Below are positions 51,058-60,113 of a DNA stretch of 64,000 bases, in pieces. Positions within the stretch are counted from its first letter, which is position 1, and every line of letters begins with the position of its first letter. This DNA comes from an uncultured Clostridia bacterium (GTDB taxonomy: Bacteria > Bacillota > Clostridia > TANB77 > CAG-508), in assembly GCA_948891265.1 (NCBI GenBank), contig CAQUBD010000007.1, positions 5,043-69,042 on the forward strand, read 5' to 3'. A program made the translations under genes and the position numbers. Under the pieces are notes generated by a model, which saw nothing but the letters and a program-made list of their open reading frames with translations, was not told the DNA's origin and did no database searches.

Positions 51058-51801
51058 ATGAAGAAAATTACTTTAGGACTTATCACTTTATTAGTTATGT
51101 GCTTTCTGGTAGGTTGCGGTAACAGCAACAGCAGTAGTCATTATAGCAATGCTAATAAAGAGATAATTGCAGAAATTCAGCAGACACTTAATCAAAATGA
51201 CATCCAAGTGCTAACCGCCTTTGGAGATAATTTTGAGGCAAAAAAGAGCTTGATTCAGTCTTCAGAGTTACATTCGGATGGATTGATTGCACTTTGTACT
51301 AATCCAAAGCCTATGAATCTTGATAACGATACAGTTCAAAGTTGGTTTAAAGAAGCAATCAAAAGAACAGAATTGACAGCAGAGCAACAAGTTCAGATTG
51401 TTAAGATTGGTGAATTTGCTTACAATAAAATATTGTTATTGAACACCAATTTGACTGCAGAAGGACTGGTCGCAATATGTGAGAATCCTGGAACCTTGAA
51501 CCTTGATAACGATACAGTTCAAAGTTGGTTTAAAGAAGCAATCAAAAGAACAGAATTGACAGCAGAGCAACAAGTTCAGATTGTTAAGATTGGTGAATTT
51601 GCTTACAATAAAATATTGTTATTGAACACCAATTTGACTGCAGAAGGACTGGTCGCAATATGTGAGAATCCTGGAACCTTGAACCTTGATAACGATACAG
51701 TTCAAAGTTGGTTTAAAGAAGCAATCAAAAGAACAGAATTGACGGCAGAGCAAAAGGCTCAGATTGCGAAATCCAAAATCCAAGAAATGGGGCTATTTTA
51801 A
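51058..51801 (+). CDS. Lipoprotein with tandem 61-aa repeats
   Basis: Signal peptide and lipobox LLVMCFLVGC-G. Body consists of repeats NLDNDTVQSWFKEAIKRTELTAEQQVQIVKIGEFAYNKILLLNTNLTAEGLVAICENPGT. Confidence 0.75.
   Translation: MKKITLGLITLLVMCFLVGCGNSNSSSHYSNANKEIIAEIQQTLNQNDIQVLTAFGDNFEAKKSLIQSSELHSDGLIALCTNPKPMNLDNDTVQSWFKEAIKRTELTAEQQVQIVKIGEFAYNKILLLNTNLTAEGLVAICENPGTLNLDNDTVQSWFKEAIKRTELTAEQQVQIVKIGEFAYNKILLLNTNLTAEGLVAICENPGTLNLDNDTVQSWFKEAIKRTELTAEQKAQIAKSKIQEMGLF
51319..51755 (+). repeat. Tandem repeat with 183-bp period, about 2.4 copies; first two copies appear identical
   Basis: cttgataacgatacagttcaaagttgg... recurs at 51319, 51502 and 51685. Confidence 0.9.
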
Positions 51802-51876
51802 TATTTAAAGGAACTTATATGATAATAAATGCACCAATACTAAGGAATTTTCTTCTTAGTGTTGGTGCATTTTATT

Positions 51877-52182
51877 TTATCTAATTAATTTATTAAACAA
51901 ATACAATGCTGTTTGATTTTGTTCTTCTTTTGTCATCTCCATAATTTTAGCCATTGTAAACATTACAAGTTTATATTTTCCAAAATTTATAAGTGTAGTT
52001 CTATATTCTTCATCTATGCTTTTTAACATATTATCAAACTTTTCAAAATTTTCTTTAGTATTATATATAAGACCACTCCATTTACTCTGGCTCATACATA
52101 TTGCTAGCTTTAATTTATCTTTTATATCCATATCATTTATCATATCTATCAAATATTTTACTTTATCATTATCCATATTCAA
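51877..52182 (-). CDS. Hypothetical protein (101 aa)
   Basis: ORF with GGAGG RBS, immediately downstream of the MobV gene. Confidence 0.4.
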   Translation of the reverse strand: MNMDNDKVKYLIDMINDMDIKDKLKLAICMSQSKWSGLIYNTKENFEKFDNMLKSIDEEYRTTLINFGKYKLVMFTMAKIMEMTKEEQNQTALYLFNKLIR

Positions 52183-52193
52183 TTATCCTCCTT

Positions 52194-53582
52194 TTAAAAT
52201 CTGGTATCATTATTTCTTTTTTTATTCTTACTTTGCTTATTTTCATCTGGTATAGTTACTCTTCTAGCAATATTATTTGCAATTTTATTATCGTTGTTAT
52301 CAAATATTCCATTTTTATATAGGTCATCACTAACAATTTTATAATTATTATCTTTATCAAATCGAATTCTTTTGTGAAAATGGCTCATAATGTTATGCCA
52401 AAAGCCTTTGAATTTCTGCAATTCTTGTTTTAATTTTTCCTTTTCAGTTTGTAATTTATCAATAACTTTATCTTTAATAGATAACTTATTTTTTAGATTA
52501 CTTATTTCATCATCTTTTTGTTCTAATTGATATTTTAGTGAACGATTTTCTTTTTCTATCTCAAAAGCAGAATGTTCAAAATCCTTAATCGCCATATTTA
52601 AGTCATTTACGCTTCTAACTGTTTGAGTTATATCTTTTACATCTTCTGTATAATTTTTGATTTTCTGGACATCCTCATTTGAAATAACCATATTATTTTT
52701 ATTCATTAGAGTAGGTTTCAAATTGTCTAATATTTTATTTACATCATTGCTAGTATTATCAAGTGTTTTAGTTTGAGTGTTGGCTTGTTCAAGTTTTTGT
52801 TCTTTTTTAGCTAATTGTTTCTTGATTTCTCTGTAATTGCCCATTTCATTAACATTGATGTCTTGATTTCTGCCTTTTTGCTTTTCTTTTAACTTAAAAT
52901 CCATATCATAGAACTTATTAAAAGACTTTATACAAGCATTTCTCATTTTATCTTGTATTTGTGTTAATGTGGCTCTAGTAAATAGCTTTGATTTTACTAC
53001 TTGTTTTTTCACACCTCTTTTGCAATCATAAGAAACTGGAACACCTACAATGTGCATATGAGGAGATGTTTCGTCAAAATGTATTGTCGCATTTGCTATT
53101 TTAAAATCTGGTATGATTTTATTTAAATCTTTTACTTGCTCATTATATACATCAACCATTTTAAATCTATATCTTTCGTCCTTATCATTCCAAAAGTCCA
53201 TATCTCCAAGTTCTATTATAATTTCACACGCAATATCATTTTGAGATTCACATACTTTTGTAAAGTAATTATCTATTTTTCTATCATTTCTAGTTTGCTT
53301 ATTGTTATATTCTATCCTTGCTTGTTCAAATTCATCTAAATATACTTGCTTAACATCATTTACAATATCATCTGTTCCATAAATTGTTCTAATTAGTTCT
53401 GTTTGATTATCATAATTCCTTAAATTATGTTTGTTTACATCTGACAAATCTTTTGCATTTTGAATTGCATTATTAGATAGAGAAGTAGTACCAGATACAT
53501 TTTCTTTTGCGACTTTCTTTGCTAATTTGCTTTTATTTTTATCACTACCTAAGTGAAAAGAATATGCTAATTCTTGCTCCAT
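52194..53582 (-). CDS. MobV-family relaxase / plasmid recombination enzyme (Pre/Mob)
   Basis: Start at MEQELAYSFHLGS (AAAGGAGGG RBS). IHFDETSPHMHIVGVP matches the HxDE...PHxH motif. Long coiled-coil C-terminus. Confidence 0.8.
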   Translation of the reverse strand: MEQELAYSFHLGSDKNKSKLAKKVAKENVSGTTSLSNNAIQNAKDLSDVNKHNLRNYDNQTELIRTIYGTDDIVNDVKQVYLDEFEQARIEYNNKQTRNDRKIDNYFTKVCESQNDIACEIIIELGDMDFWNDKDERYRFKMVDVYNEQVKDLNKIIPDFKIANATIHFDETSPHMHIVGVPVSYDCKRGVKKQVVKSKLFTRATLTQIQDKMRNACIKSFNKFYDMDFKLKEKQKGRNQDINVNEMGNYREIKKQLAKKEQKLEQANTQTKTLDNTSNDVNKILDNLKPTLMNKNNMVISNEDVQKIKNYTEDVKDITQTVRSVNDLNMAIKDFEHSAFEIEKENRSLKYQLEQKDDEISNLKNKLSIKDKVIDKLQTEKEKLKQELQKFKGFWHNIMSHFHKRIRFDKDNNYKIVSDDLYKNGIFDNNDNKIANNIARRVTIPDENKQSKNKKRNNDTRF

Positions 53583-53614
53583 AAAATCCCTCCTTTGAAA
53601 TTTCTTCGTAGCAC

Positions 53615-53639
53615 AGGACTTCGTCTTGACGGAAGTCCT
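53615..53639. promoter_or_regulatory. Candidate oriT/RSA hairpin upstream of the MobV gene
   Basis: Inverted repeat aggacttc / gaagtcct with a 9-nt loop, locally GC-rich, about 35 nt upstream of the relaxase start. Confidence 0.3.
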
Positions 53640-53806
53640 AACCCAATAGGAGTAAGTTAAGTACACTTTATAAAAAATAACTATATTATAAAAGTTCAGT
53701 AGAATTAATAATTTTAGAAAGGTATATTTACTATCAATATAATTGTGAATGAATGTCATAAAGTGAGAACAAGATAATAAGTCTCATTCCCACTTTATAG
53801 CTTTTT

Positions 53807-54010
53807 TCAATCTAACACCATAAAAGCTTCTTCTCGTTCTTCCTCCGAAAGTTCTTCTAACCCCATCTTCTCTTGCTTAATTCCTTGTTGTCTAAGTTCT
53901 TTCATTTTAGCATCAATATCTTCTTTCATTTTGTCCTTAAGTTCCAAAGATTTTTCTCTAGTTAACCTTGATGATACTTCTTGCATTTTTTTGATGTCTT
54001 CATGATTCAT
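53807..54010 (-). CDS. Small charged coiled-coil protein (67 aa)
   Basis: GGAGGAG RBS and Lys/Glu-rich sequence. No family recognised. Confidence 0.4.
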   Translation of the reverse strand: MNHEDIKKMQEVSSRLTREKSLELKDKMKEDIDAKMKELRQQGIKQEKMGLEELSEEEREEAFMVLD

Positions 54011-54116
54011 ATTTTTCTCCTCCTAACATTGTTTTTCGAGAATAACTACATATTTTTTGTATACATTTATACAACATATACATATATTACTATATTTTTC
54101 TGTACTTTTCAATATT

Positions 54117-54923
54117 TTAATTATTTTCTTTAAGTATGTTCTTATTTGTTTTTGTTAATATTTCCATTTGAGCAATTGCTATTTTATTTAGTCTAATTAG
54201 TCTTTCAGACTGTTCTATTCTTTCATTTATATAAATTGAATTTATATTTTCTAAATTAGCTAAACAAATTAATTCATTTATTGTAGCATACTCTCTTATG
54301 TTTCCTTGTTTATCTGGATTTTTATCTCTCCATTGTTTTGCTGTCATTCCAAATAAAGCCATATTTAACACATCTGCTTCTTCTGCATAAACAATGCTTG
54401 TTTCATATTTAGTAAGTTCTTTTGGAATCAAATTTTTCTTTATTGCATCTGTATGTATTTTATAATTTATCTTTGATAATTCTCTTTTTGCGTCCCAACC
54501 TAATTGCTTTTGTTCTTCTGCTTTAAGCCTTTCAAATTCTTTTATTAAAAGTAATTTAAACTTTGGACTTATCCACATACCAAACTCAAAAGCAATATCT
54601 TTATGAGCATATGTCCCACCATATCTACCAGTTTTAGCAACAATACCAATACTATTTGTTTTATTTACCCATTCTTTAACACTTAATTTATAACTATTTA
54701 AACCTGCTTGACTTTTAATTATGGCAAATTCGCCATAATTAAAATTAGGGTTGTGTAATTCTTCCCAAATGCCTAAAAATTCAATAGTATTTCTATTTCT
54801 TAACCAGTCTGAAATGAAAAAATCACCATCTTTTGATTTTAGCATGTCTGTTAATGAAATGTAGTCTTCATTATCTATATTCAAATATGTAATTTTAGTA
54901 TCTAAAACATTTATTGCTTTCAT
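54117..54923 (-). CDS. KilA-N domain-containing protein
   Basis: N-terminal pattern ISLTDMLKSKDGDFFISDWLRNRNTIEFL...GTYAHKDIAFEFGMWISPKFKL matches KilA-N DNA-binding domains. Confidence 0.75.
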   Translation of the reverse strand: MKAINVLDTKITYLNIDNEDYISLTDMLKSKDGDFFISDWLRNRNTIEFLGIWEELHNPNFNYGEFAIIKSQAGLNSYKLSVKEWVNKTNSIGIVAKTGRYGGTYAHKDIAFEFGMWISPKFKLLLIKEFERLKAEEQKQLGWDAKRELSKINYKIHTDAIKKNLIPKELTKYETSIVYAEEADVLNMALFGMTAKQWRDKNPDKQGNIREYATINELICLANLENINSIYINERIEQSERLIRLNKIAIAQMEILTKTNKNILKENN

Positions 54924-55361
54924 AAATTCTCCTTATTATTAAAACTTTTGTTTGATTATATAATTTTTAGATACATATGTCAATGAATTTTGCTAAATAA
55001 ATTTTGAAATAAAAAGAATTAATATATTAGCCCACTGACACCTTTCCAAAACGTAATTTTGAAAGTGTCATAGTGGGTTACATACTTTTGTTAGAAAGTT
55101 ATGTAACAGCTTTCTTTAATAGTACATTTATTTACTTACTGAAGGAAAAATATTTAAAAAATAATATATTTTTTAGTGTACTTAACTAAATCGTTCTCCC
55201 CTATGAGTTTTGACCTACATTCAAAACTCGGGGGCACTGCGAGGCAATAAATTTATTTACACCTACTGAAAATAAGTGATATTTTTGCAATAAAAAAATA
55301 CCATCCATTTCTGAATGATATTTGTATCTATCTGTTCTATTAGTTCGAACAGAAACGTCGT

Positions 55362-55718
55362 TGGTGGAGATGAGGGGAATCGAACCCCTGTCCATAATAC
55401 TATCCAAATAGACCTCTACAAGTTTAGTTTATCATTTATTTTCTTTTTTAATTCACCGATAAACAGGTTAATTAAAAATATATCTTTATAAAATACCCCC
55501 TACTTCTAAAGAAAAAGTAGCTTTGTTCCCTACTTTAATTTTACACCTTAATTTAAACCAGTAGGCTATCTAAATAAGATGACACTGCAATTAGGCAGCG
55601 TATGCTAATTCTTGATTATCAGCGTTTATTTTTATTTTCTCGTTTATTTAAGTGGCCAACGAGAATCCACTACTTGCTATCTATATTTCATGTAATATGT
55701 CGAAACCATTACATCCCC
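55362..55718 (-). ncRNA. ssrA: tmRNA
   Basis: 5' GGGGATGTAATGGTTTCGAC... and 3' ...GGGGTTCGATTCCCCTCATCTCCACCA tRNA-like ends. Internal tag ORF GCT GAT AAT CAA GAA TTA GCA TAC GCT GCC TAA (ADNQELAYAA). Confidence 0.9.
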
Positions 55719-55801
55719 ATATTACTTTTTTATTATACTATATTTTATTACTTTTATCAACTTTTATAATATATATTCATATTATATTTTAGGTGATTTA
55801 T

Positions 55802-56720
55802 ATGAGTATTGTTCCTACAAATGTTAATTATAATCATTATTTAATGACTCAAAATCTTTTAGTTTTAAATCGTACATATCCTTTTTTGAACATTCAGACT
55901 ATTGGAAATAGTGTTATAGGAAAAGAACTTTATATTATAAAACTTGGAAAAGGTCAGAAAAAAGTTTTTTATTCTGCTTCAATTCACGCAAATGAGTGGA
56001 TTACAAGTGTATTACTTATGAAATTTATTGAAGATTACTGTATTGCTTATACTAACAATTCGACATTATATGGATATTCTATAAAAAATTTATTTAACAC
56101 TGCTTCTATTTATATTATGCCAATGATTAATCCTGATGGAGTAGATTTAGTTACAGGATCTTTAAATCCAACTTCATCTGTGTATTTGAATGCAAAAAAC
56201 ATTTCTACTTCTTTCCCAGATATTTCCTTTCCAAATCGGGTGGAAGGCGAATATCAATGGTGTGGATTTAAATTTGCAATTTCCTGCTGGTTGGGAAAAT
56301 GCAAAAGAAATAAAATATTCGCAAGGATTTAATAAACCTGCTCCTCGTGACTTTGTTGGATATGGCCCGTTAACAGAGCCAGAATCTTTAGCAATTTATG
56401 ATTTTACTCTTTCACATGATTTTAAATTAATAATTTCCTATCATACTCAAGGTCAAGAAATTTATTGGAATTTTCAAAATATTTATCCTCCTAGAGGATA
56501 CGAAATAGGAAGGCGTTTTGCTAGTTCAAGTAGATATAAATTAGCAGATGTTCCTTATAATTCTAGTTTTGCTGGATATAAAGATTGGTGGATTCAAACT
56601 TATAATCGACCTGGCTATACAATTGAAGCAGGTATTGGTGAAAATCCTTTGCCTTTATCTCAATTTGATGAAATTTATAAAGATAATTTGGGAATTTTAG
56701 TTTTAGGTGCTACTTTATAA
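55802..56720 (+). pseudogene. M14 gamma-D-glutamyl-meso-diaminopimelate peptidase-like protein with a +1 frame break at CGG 56237-56239
   Basis: SIHANEWIT zinc motif and PMINPDGVDL in the first frame. After CCA AAT CGG the conserved continuation GWKANINGVDLNLQFPAGWENAK...YHTQGQEIYW is in +1 (track ORFs 55793-56332 and 56190-56720). Confidence 0.85.
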
Positions 56721-56799
56721 ATTTTTGAATATTTACTTTTAATAATCAAGAAAATATGATTAAATCAGGATCATAAAATACTTGCATTTTAAACTAAAG

Positions 56800-56838
56800 A
56801 AGGGGGTGTAAAAAAGTATTTATTTTTACACCTCCTTA
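56800..56838. terminator. Bidirectional terminator between the M14 peptidase and the amidoligase-like gene
   Basis: Stem gggggtgtaaaaa / tttttacacctcc. Confidence 0.7.
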
Positions 56839-56857
56839 AAGTATCTAATTTTTAACG

Positions 56858-58180
56858 TTATCTTTCAAAAGTATCTATTCCAGATCTATATTTTTCATAT
56901 TCACTTTTTTCTCTTATAGACTTCCAACGTTTTCTAAAAATATTCTTTCGTTCAGACTTATCAAATAATAAATTTAACAAATTATTTATTTTATTAGTTT
57001 CTGTTACATCACGTAAAAATAATTTTTCAAACTCATCTTTTTTATAATTTGGATTTTTAGCATTTTCTAAACTCACTTCAAATATTTTTCCTACTAATTC
57101 TAAATCTTGAAAAATAATTTCTGGCTCTAGTGAAGAATTAAATATTCTTATTTCAATTCTTCCTGCATTATCAGAGTTCCATTCCATATGATTAAAGTTT
57201 ATACTTGTCCATCTTACTTGTGATTTCTCATCTTCTTTTTTCTTTATTCCTTCCTCATATTTATGGTAAATTCGAATCTTTTCTTCATCTGTTTTTGCAT
57301 AAGCTAAATCCCATCCTAAATCATAATATTCTGGACCAATATTTGACCAAGCAATAATTTTATCTAATCTATTTCGTGCCTGAATTTGATATAAAAATTT
57401 CTCCATATCTTCTTCAGTTTCAAGAGCAATACTTCTATCTTCTTCAAAAAAATTTTGAATATTTTCTTTTATTGGAGTAGCCATCGTATGTGCCTCTTCT
57501 CTTATCTCTTCCCCTTCTGGATTAGCCATTTTAAAAAATAATTCTTCACATTCTCCCCATATTTTAAGTAAATTTTCTATCGCCTTTTTATTACATTCTA
57601 AATAATCAACTCCAATGTTTATATGTAATCCAGTTGCTTCATGTAATCTAGCATTCAAAGCTTTGAATAAAGTACAAATTGCCACAATTTGATTTAAGTC
57701 ATATAAGTTATTTTTCATAATTGGTGTAGATGCTTCTGATTCATCAGTAAATGCTTCTGGAGAAAAAATCCATTTATTAAACTCATTTTTCTTTTGAAAA
57801 TCTGAATTTTGAATAATTGCATTCGAAATATCAGTAGGAACTTCTAGGATTTCCATAATGTATTCAATAGAATTTGAATCAAATATCCATTTAATTTCAT
57901 CTAAGGGTATATTTGATACTTCTATTTCCAAACCAAATTTTAATTTTTCTGGAAAATCTATTTTTTCTTCCCATCTGGAAAATCTTTTTTCATCATTAAA
58001 TAATCCATACAATACTTTGTTCTTATCAACAATTTTTAAGATTTTATCAAGATACTCTTTTGTATACCACCAAGGATTTCTAAGAAAATATTCTTTGATA
58101 TCTTGCATATTTGACATTATTTCTTGTTCTTTATATTCATCTATATGATCTAAAAAATCACCAGTTTCTATAAAATTCAC
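56858..58180 (-). CDS. Amidoligase_2-like (glutamine-synthetase-fold) protein
   Basis: Ordered motifs KFGLEIEV, ESEASTPIM, ATGLHINIG, RWTSINFNH and GRIEIRIFNSS parallel the GxExE / SP / GLHVH / NL / EFR blocks I recall for the putative amidoligase family. Confidence 0.55.
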   Translation of the reverse strand: MNFIETGDFLDHIDEYKEQEIMSNMQDIKEYFLRNPWWYTKEYLDKILKIVDKNKVLYGLFNDEKRFSRWEEKIDFPEKLKFGLEIEVSNIPLDEIKWIFDSNSIEYIMEILEVPTDISNAIIQNSDFQKKNEFNKWIFSPEAFTDESEASTPIMKNNLYDLNQIVAICTLFKALNARLHEATGLHINIGVDYLECNKKAIENLLKIWGECEELFFKMANPEGEEIREEAHTMATPIKENIQNFFEEDRSIALETEEDMEKFLYQIQARNRLDKIIAWSNIGPEYYDLGWDLAYAKTDEEKIRIYHKYEEGIKKKEDEKSQVRWTSINFNHMEWNSDNAGRIEIRIFNSSLEPEIIFQDLELVGKIFEVSLENAKNPNYKKDEFEKLFLRDVTETNKINNLLNLLFDKSERKNIFRKRWKSIREKSEYEKYRSGIDTFER

Positions 58181-58192
58181 CTTACTCCCCCT

Positions 58193-58594
58193 CTATATAA
58201 TTTCATTAATTACAATATAGTTTCCTTTATATTTTTCTTTCTCTTTTACTGTTAATAAATTATCACTTAATTTGCTTTCTAATATTACAATATTAGGAAT
58301 TTTACATAAAGACATTATAAATTCTCTTTCATTATCAATTATTAATGCTTTATCTAAATTATACTTTTCTTTTATTATTTTATATTGTTCTCCTAATATA
58401 CCCATTTTAGTATGAACAATATCTAAATCTAAACAATAAAATTTTATTTTATAAAATGCTATTTCATATCTCCTAATAAACTTTTGCTTTTCTGTTAAAT
58501 GAAAATATTGTTTTCCAAATATAAATTCATATAATTCTTGTAACGAATCAAATTTATTAATTTGTTCTTGTTCTATATATATTAAATCTTTCAT
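58193..58594 (-). CDS. Hypothetical protein (133 aa), co-operonic with the amidoligase-like gene
   Basis: Its stop lies 12 nt before the downstream start. GAGG RBS. No family recognised. Confidence 0.45.
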   Translation of the reverse strand: MKDLIYIEQEQINKFDSLQELYEFIFGKQYFHLTEKQKFIRRYEIAFYKIKFYCLDLDIVHTKMGILGEQYKIIKEKYNLDKALIIDNEREFIMSLCKIPNIVILESKLSDNLLTVKEKEKYKGNYIVINEII

Positions 58595-58852
58595 ATTTCT
58601 TCAACCTCTTTTATATTAACATAATTATTTTATCACATAACTGCACATTTATCAATATTTTTATCTATATATTAGAACAAATGGGAAAGCTAATAAATTT
58701 ATAGTATGTTATTTAAAACTATAAATTTTAATTAGTAATAAATTATAAATAGCAAAGTTTTCCGTAAATTTGTTCATGTGCGAAATTTTCGTTAGAAAAT
58801 TTCTGTACAGCTGAGTTTAATATAATAGGAAAGTATAACTTTCCTATTATAT

Positions 58853-58880
58853 TAAAAACAAGATGCCTATTACATCTTGT
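58853..58880 (-). terminator. Terminator overlapping the maf stop codon
   Basis: Stem acaagatg / catcttgt, followed on the minus strand by TTTTT. Confidence 0.55.
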
Positions 58881-59454
58881 TTATATATTCTTTAATTATA
58901 TCATATACTTTATGTGTTGGTAATCCAACAACTGATGTATAATTTCCTTCTATTTTCTCAATAAAAACACAAAATTCATTTTGTATTCCATATGCTCCAG
59001 CCTTATCCATAGCATTTCCAGTATCTATCCATTTTTCTATTTCTCCATCAGTTATATTCTTTAGATATACTTTTACTTCATCATATGTTTTTACTTCTTT
59101 ATATTTTCCATCTTTTTGAATTAAAACACTTAATCCACTTATTATTTGATGAGTTCTATCTCCTTTTAATAATTCTTTTATCATTTCTTTTGCATGTTTT
59201 CTACTATTTGGCTTACCATATATTTTTTCATCTTTTACTACCATTGTATCTGATGCAATAACTATTCTATCTCCTTCTGTTTTATCGAAGATACTTTTTG
59301 CTTTTATATAAGATAATCTTGTTGCTTGTTCTTCTGTTTTCAATCCTTCTATTAAGTTCTCGTCTACATCGCTTACCATAATTTCAAACTCTGGCACAAT
59401 TAATTTTAATAATTCTTTCCTTCTAGGAGATTGTGATGCTAATATAAATTTCAT
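58870..59454 (-). CDS. maf: Maf-like nucleoside triphosphate pyrophosphatase
   Basis: MKFILASQSPRRKELL N-terminus and DKAGAYGIQ motif. Confidence 0.9.
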   Translation of the reverse strand: MKFILASQSPRRKELLKLIVPEFEIMVSDVDENLIEGLKTEEQATRLSYIKAKSIFDKTEGDRIVIASDTMVVKDEKIYGKPNSRKHAKEMIKELLKGDRTHQIISGLSVLIQKDGKYKEVKTYDEVKVYLKNITDGEIEKWIDTGNAMDKAGAYGIQNEFCVFIEKIEGNYTSVVGLPTHKVYDIIKEYINKM

Positions 59455-59596
59455 ATTTTCTCTCTTTCTTACTAATATTATTTTTTATAATATTATCACA
59501 ATTATATATAATTATCAATTATTTTTTATATTTAAGTTTCGGTTTTTTATTCGTGTTACTATTCACATCAACCCAAAGTCAATCTAAAACACATTC

Positions 59597-59691
59597 CACA
59601 GAAAATTCAATGCAATTTTCGCGGGCGAACAAAAACGGAGCATGTAAGTAAGCTAAAATGTTAAAAATTTTTAATCATGCCCCTTTTGTTC
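59597..59691 (-). repeat. Two-hairpin intergenic repeat (family C), copy 2
   Basis: Its reverse complement aligns with 45674-45770 at about 90 percent identity. Confidence 0.8.
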
Positions 59692-59824
59692 TCAACTTAA
59701 TTAAACTGTGAATTGTAACTTCGTATTTAAAATTAAAAGTTATAATATATGTCAACTTTCGACAGACTTTTCATATTTTATATATTATTATATATATTAT
59801 CTTAAGACAGAAGGAGGAAAATCT

Positions 59825-60004
59825 ATGAAGACATTATTAGAAAAACTTTTGACAACAGAATTCATTTCTACATGTGATGCAATGTATGCTCTGGAAGCAT
59901 TCTTAGAAGAAGTTGACAAACATTTCAGTTCGGATTGTCGTGGAAACTATCAGGATCTGTATGTTGTAGGAAATCGGGTATATAGATATTTTTCTTCCAT
60001 ATAG
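59825..60004 (+). CDS. Small hypothetical protein (59 aa)
   Basis: GAAGGAGGA RBS before ATG 59825. Locally higher GC. Contains in-frame AAT CGG GTA at 59972-59980. Confidence 0.3.
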   Translation: MKTLLEKLLTTEFISTCDAMYALEAFLEEVDKHFSSDCRGNYQDLYVVGNRVYRYFSSI

Positions 60005-60113
60005 TTATGTATAGCTTTCTACTACTTAGTAACTAATGTATAAAATAAAAAGCCAGAAGTTTTAAACTCTATCTTTTAGAGTTTATTATCTCTGACTTTT
60101 TATTTTTTCATTT

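Larger units (their letters stand above)
50754..55361. mobile_element. ssrA-flanking accessory islet (integrase-less); boundaries tentative
   Basis: Begins directly at the tmRNA 3' end. Carries KilA-N, a MobV/Pre relaxase with candidate oriT and a repeat lipoprotein of visibly higher GC. The far side has a tRNA-3'-end-like stub, tggtgccgatgacg (50754-50767). Confidence 0.4.

Noticed and set aside
55300-55361. Direct repeat of the ssrA 3' end marking the far border of the islet
   Set aside because: No exact copy of the terminal about 20 nt was found by eye. Only the partially matching stub at 50754-50767 exists, so the islet borders remain tentative.
55201-55407. 68-aa minus-strand ORF
   Set aside because: It overlaps the 3' tRNA-like domain of tmRNA and so is an artefact of the RNA gene.
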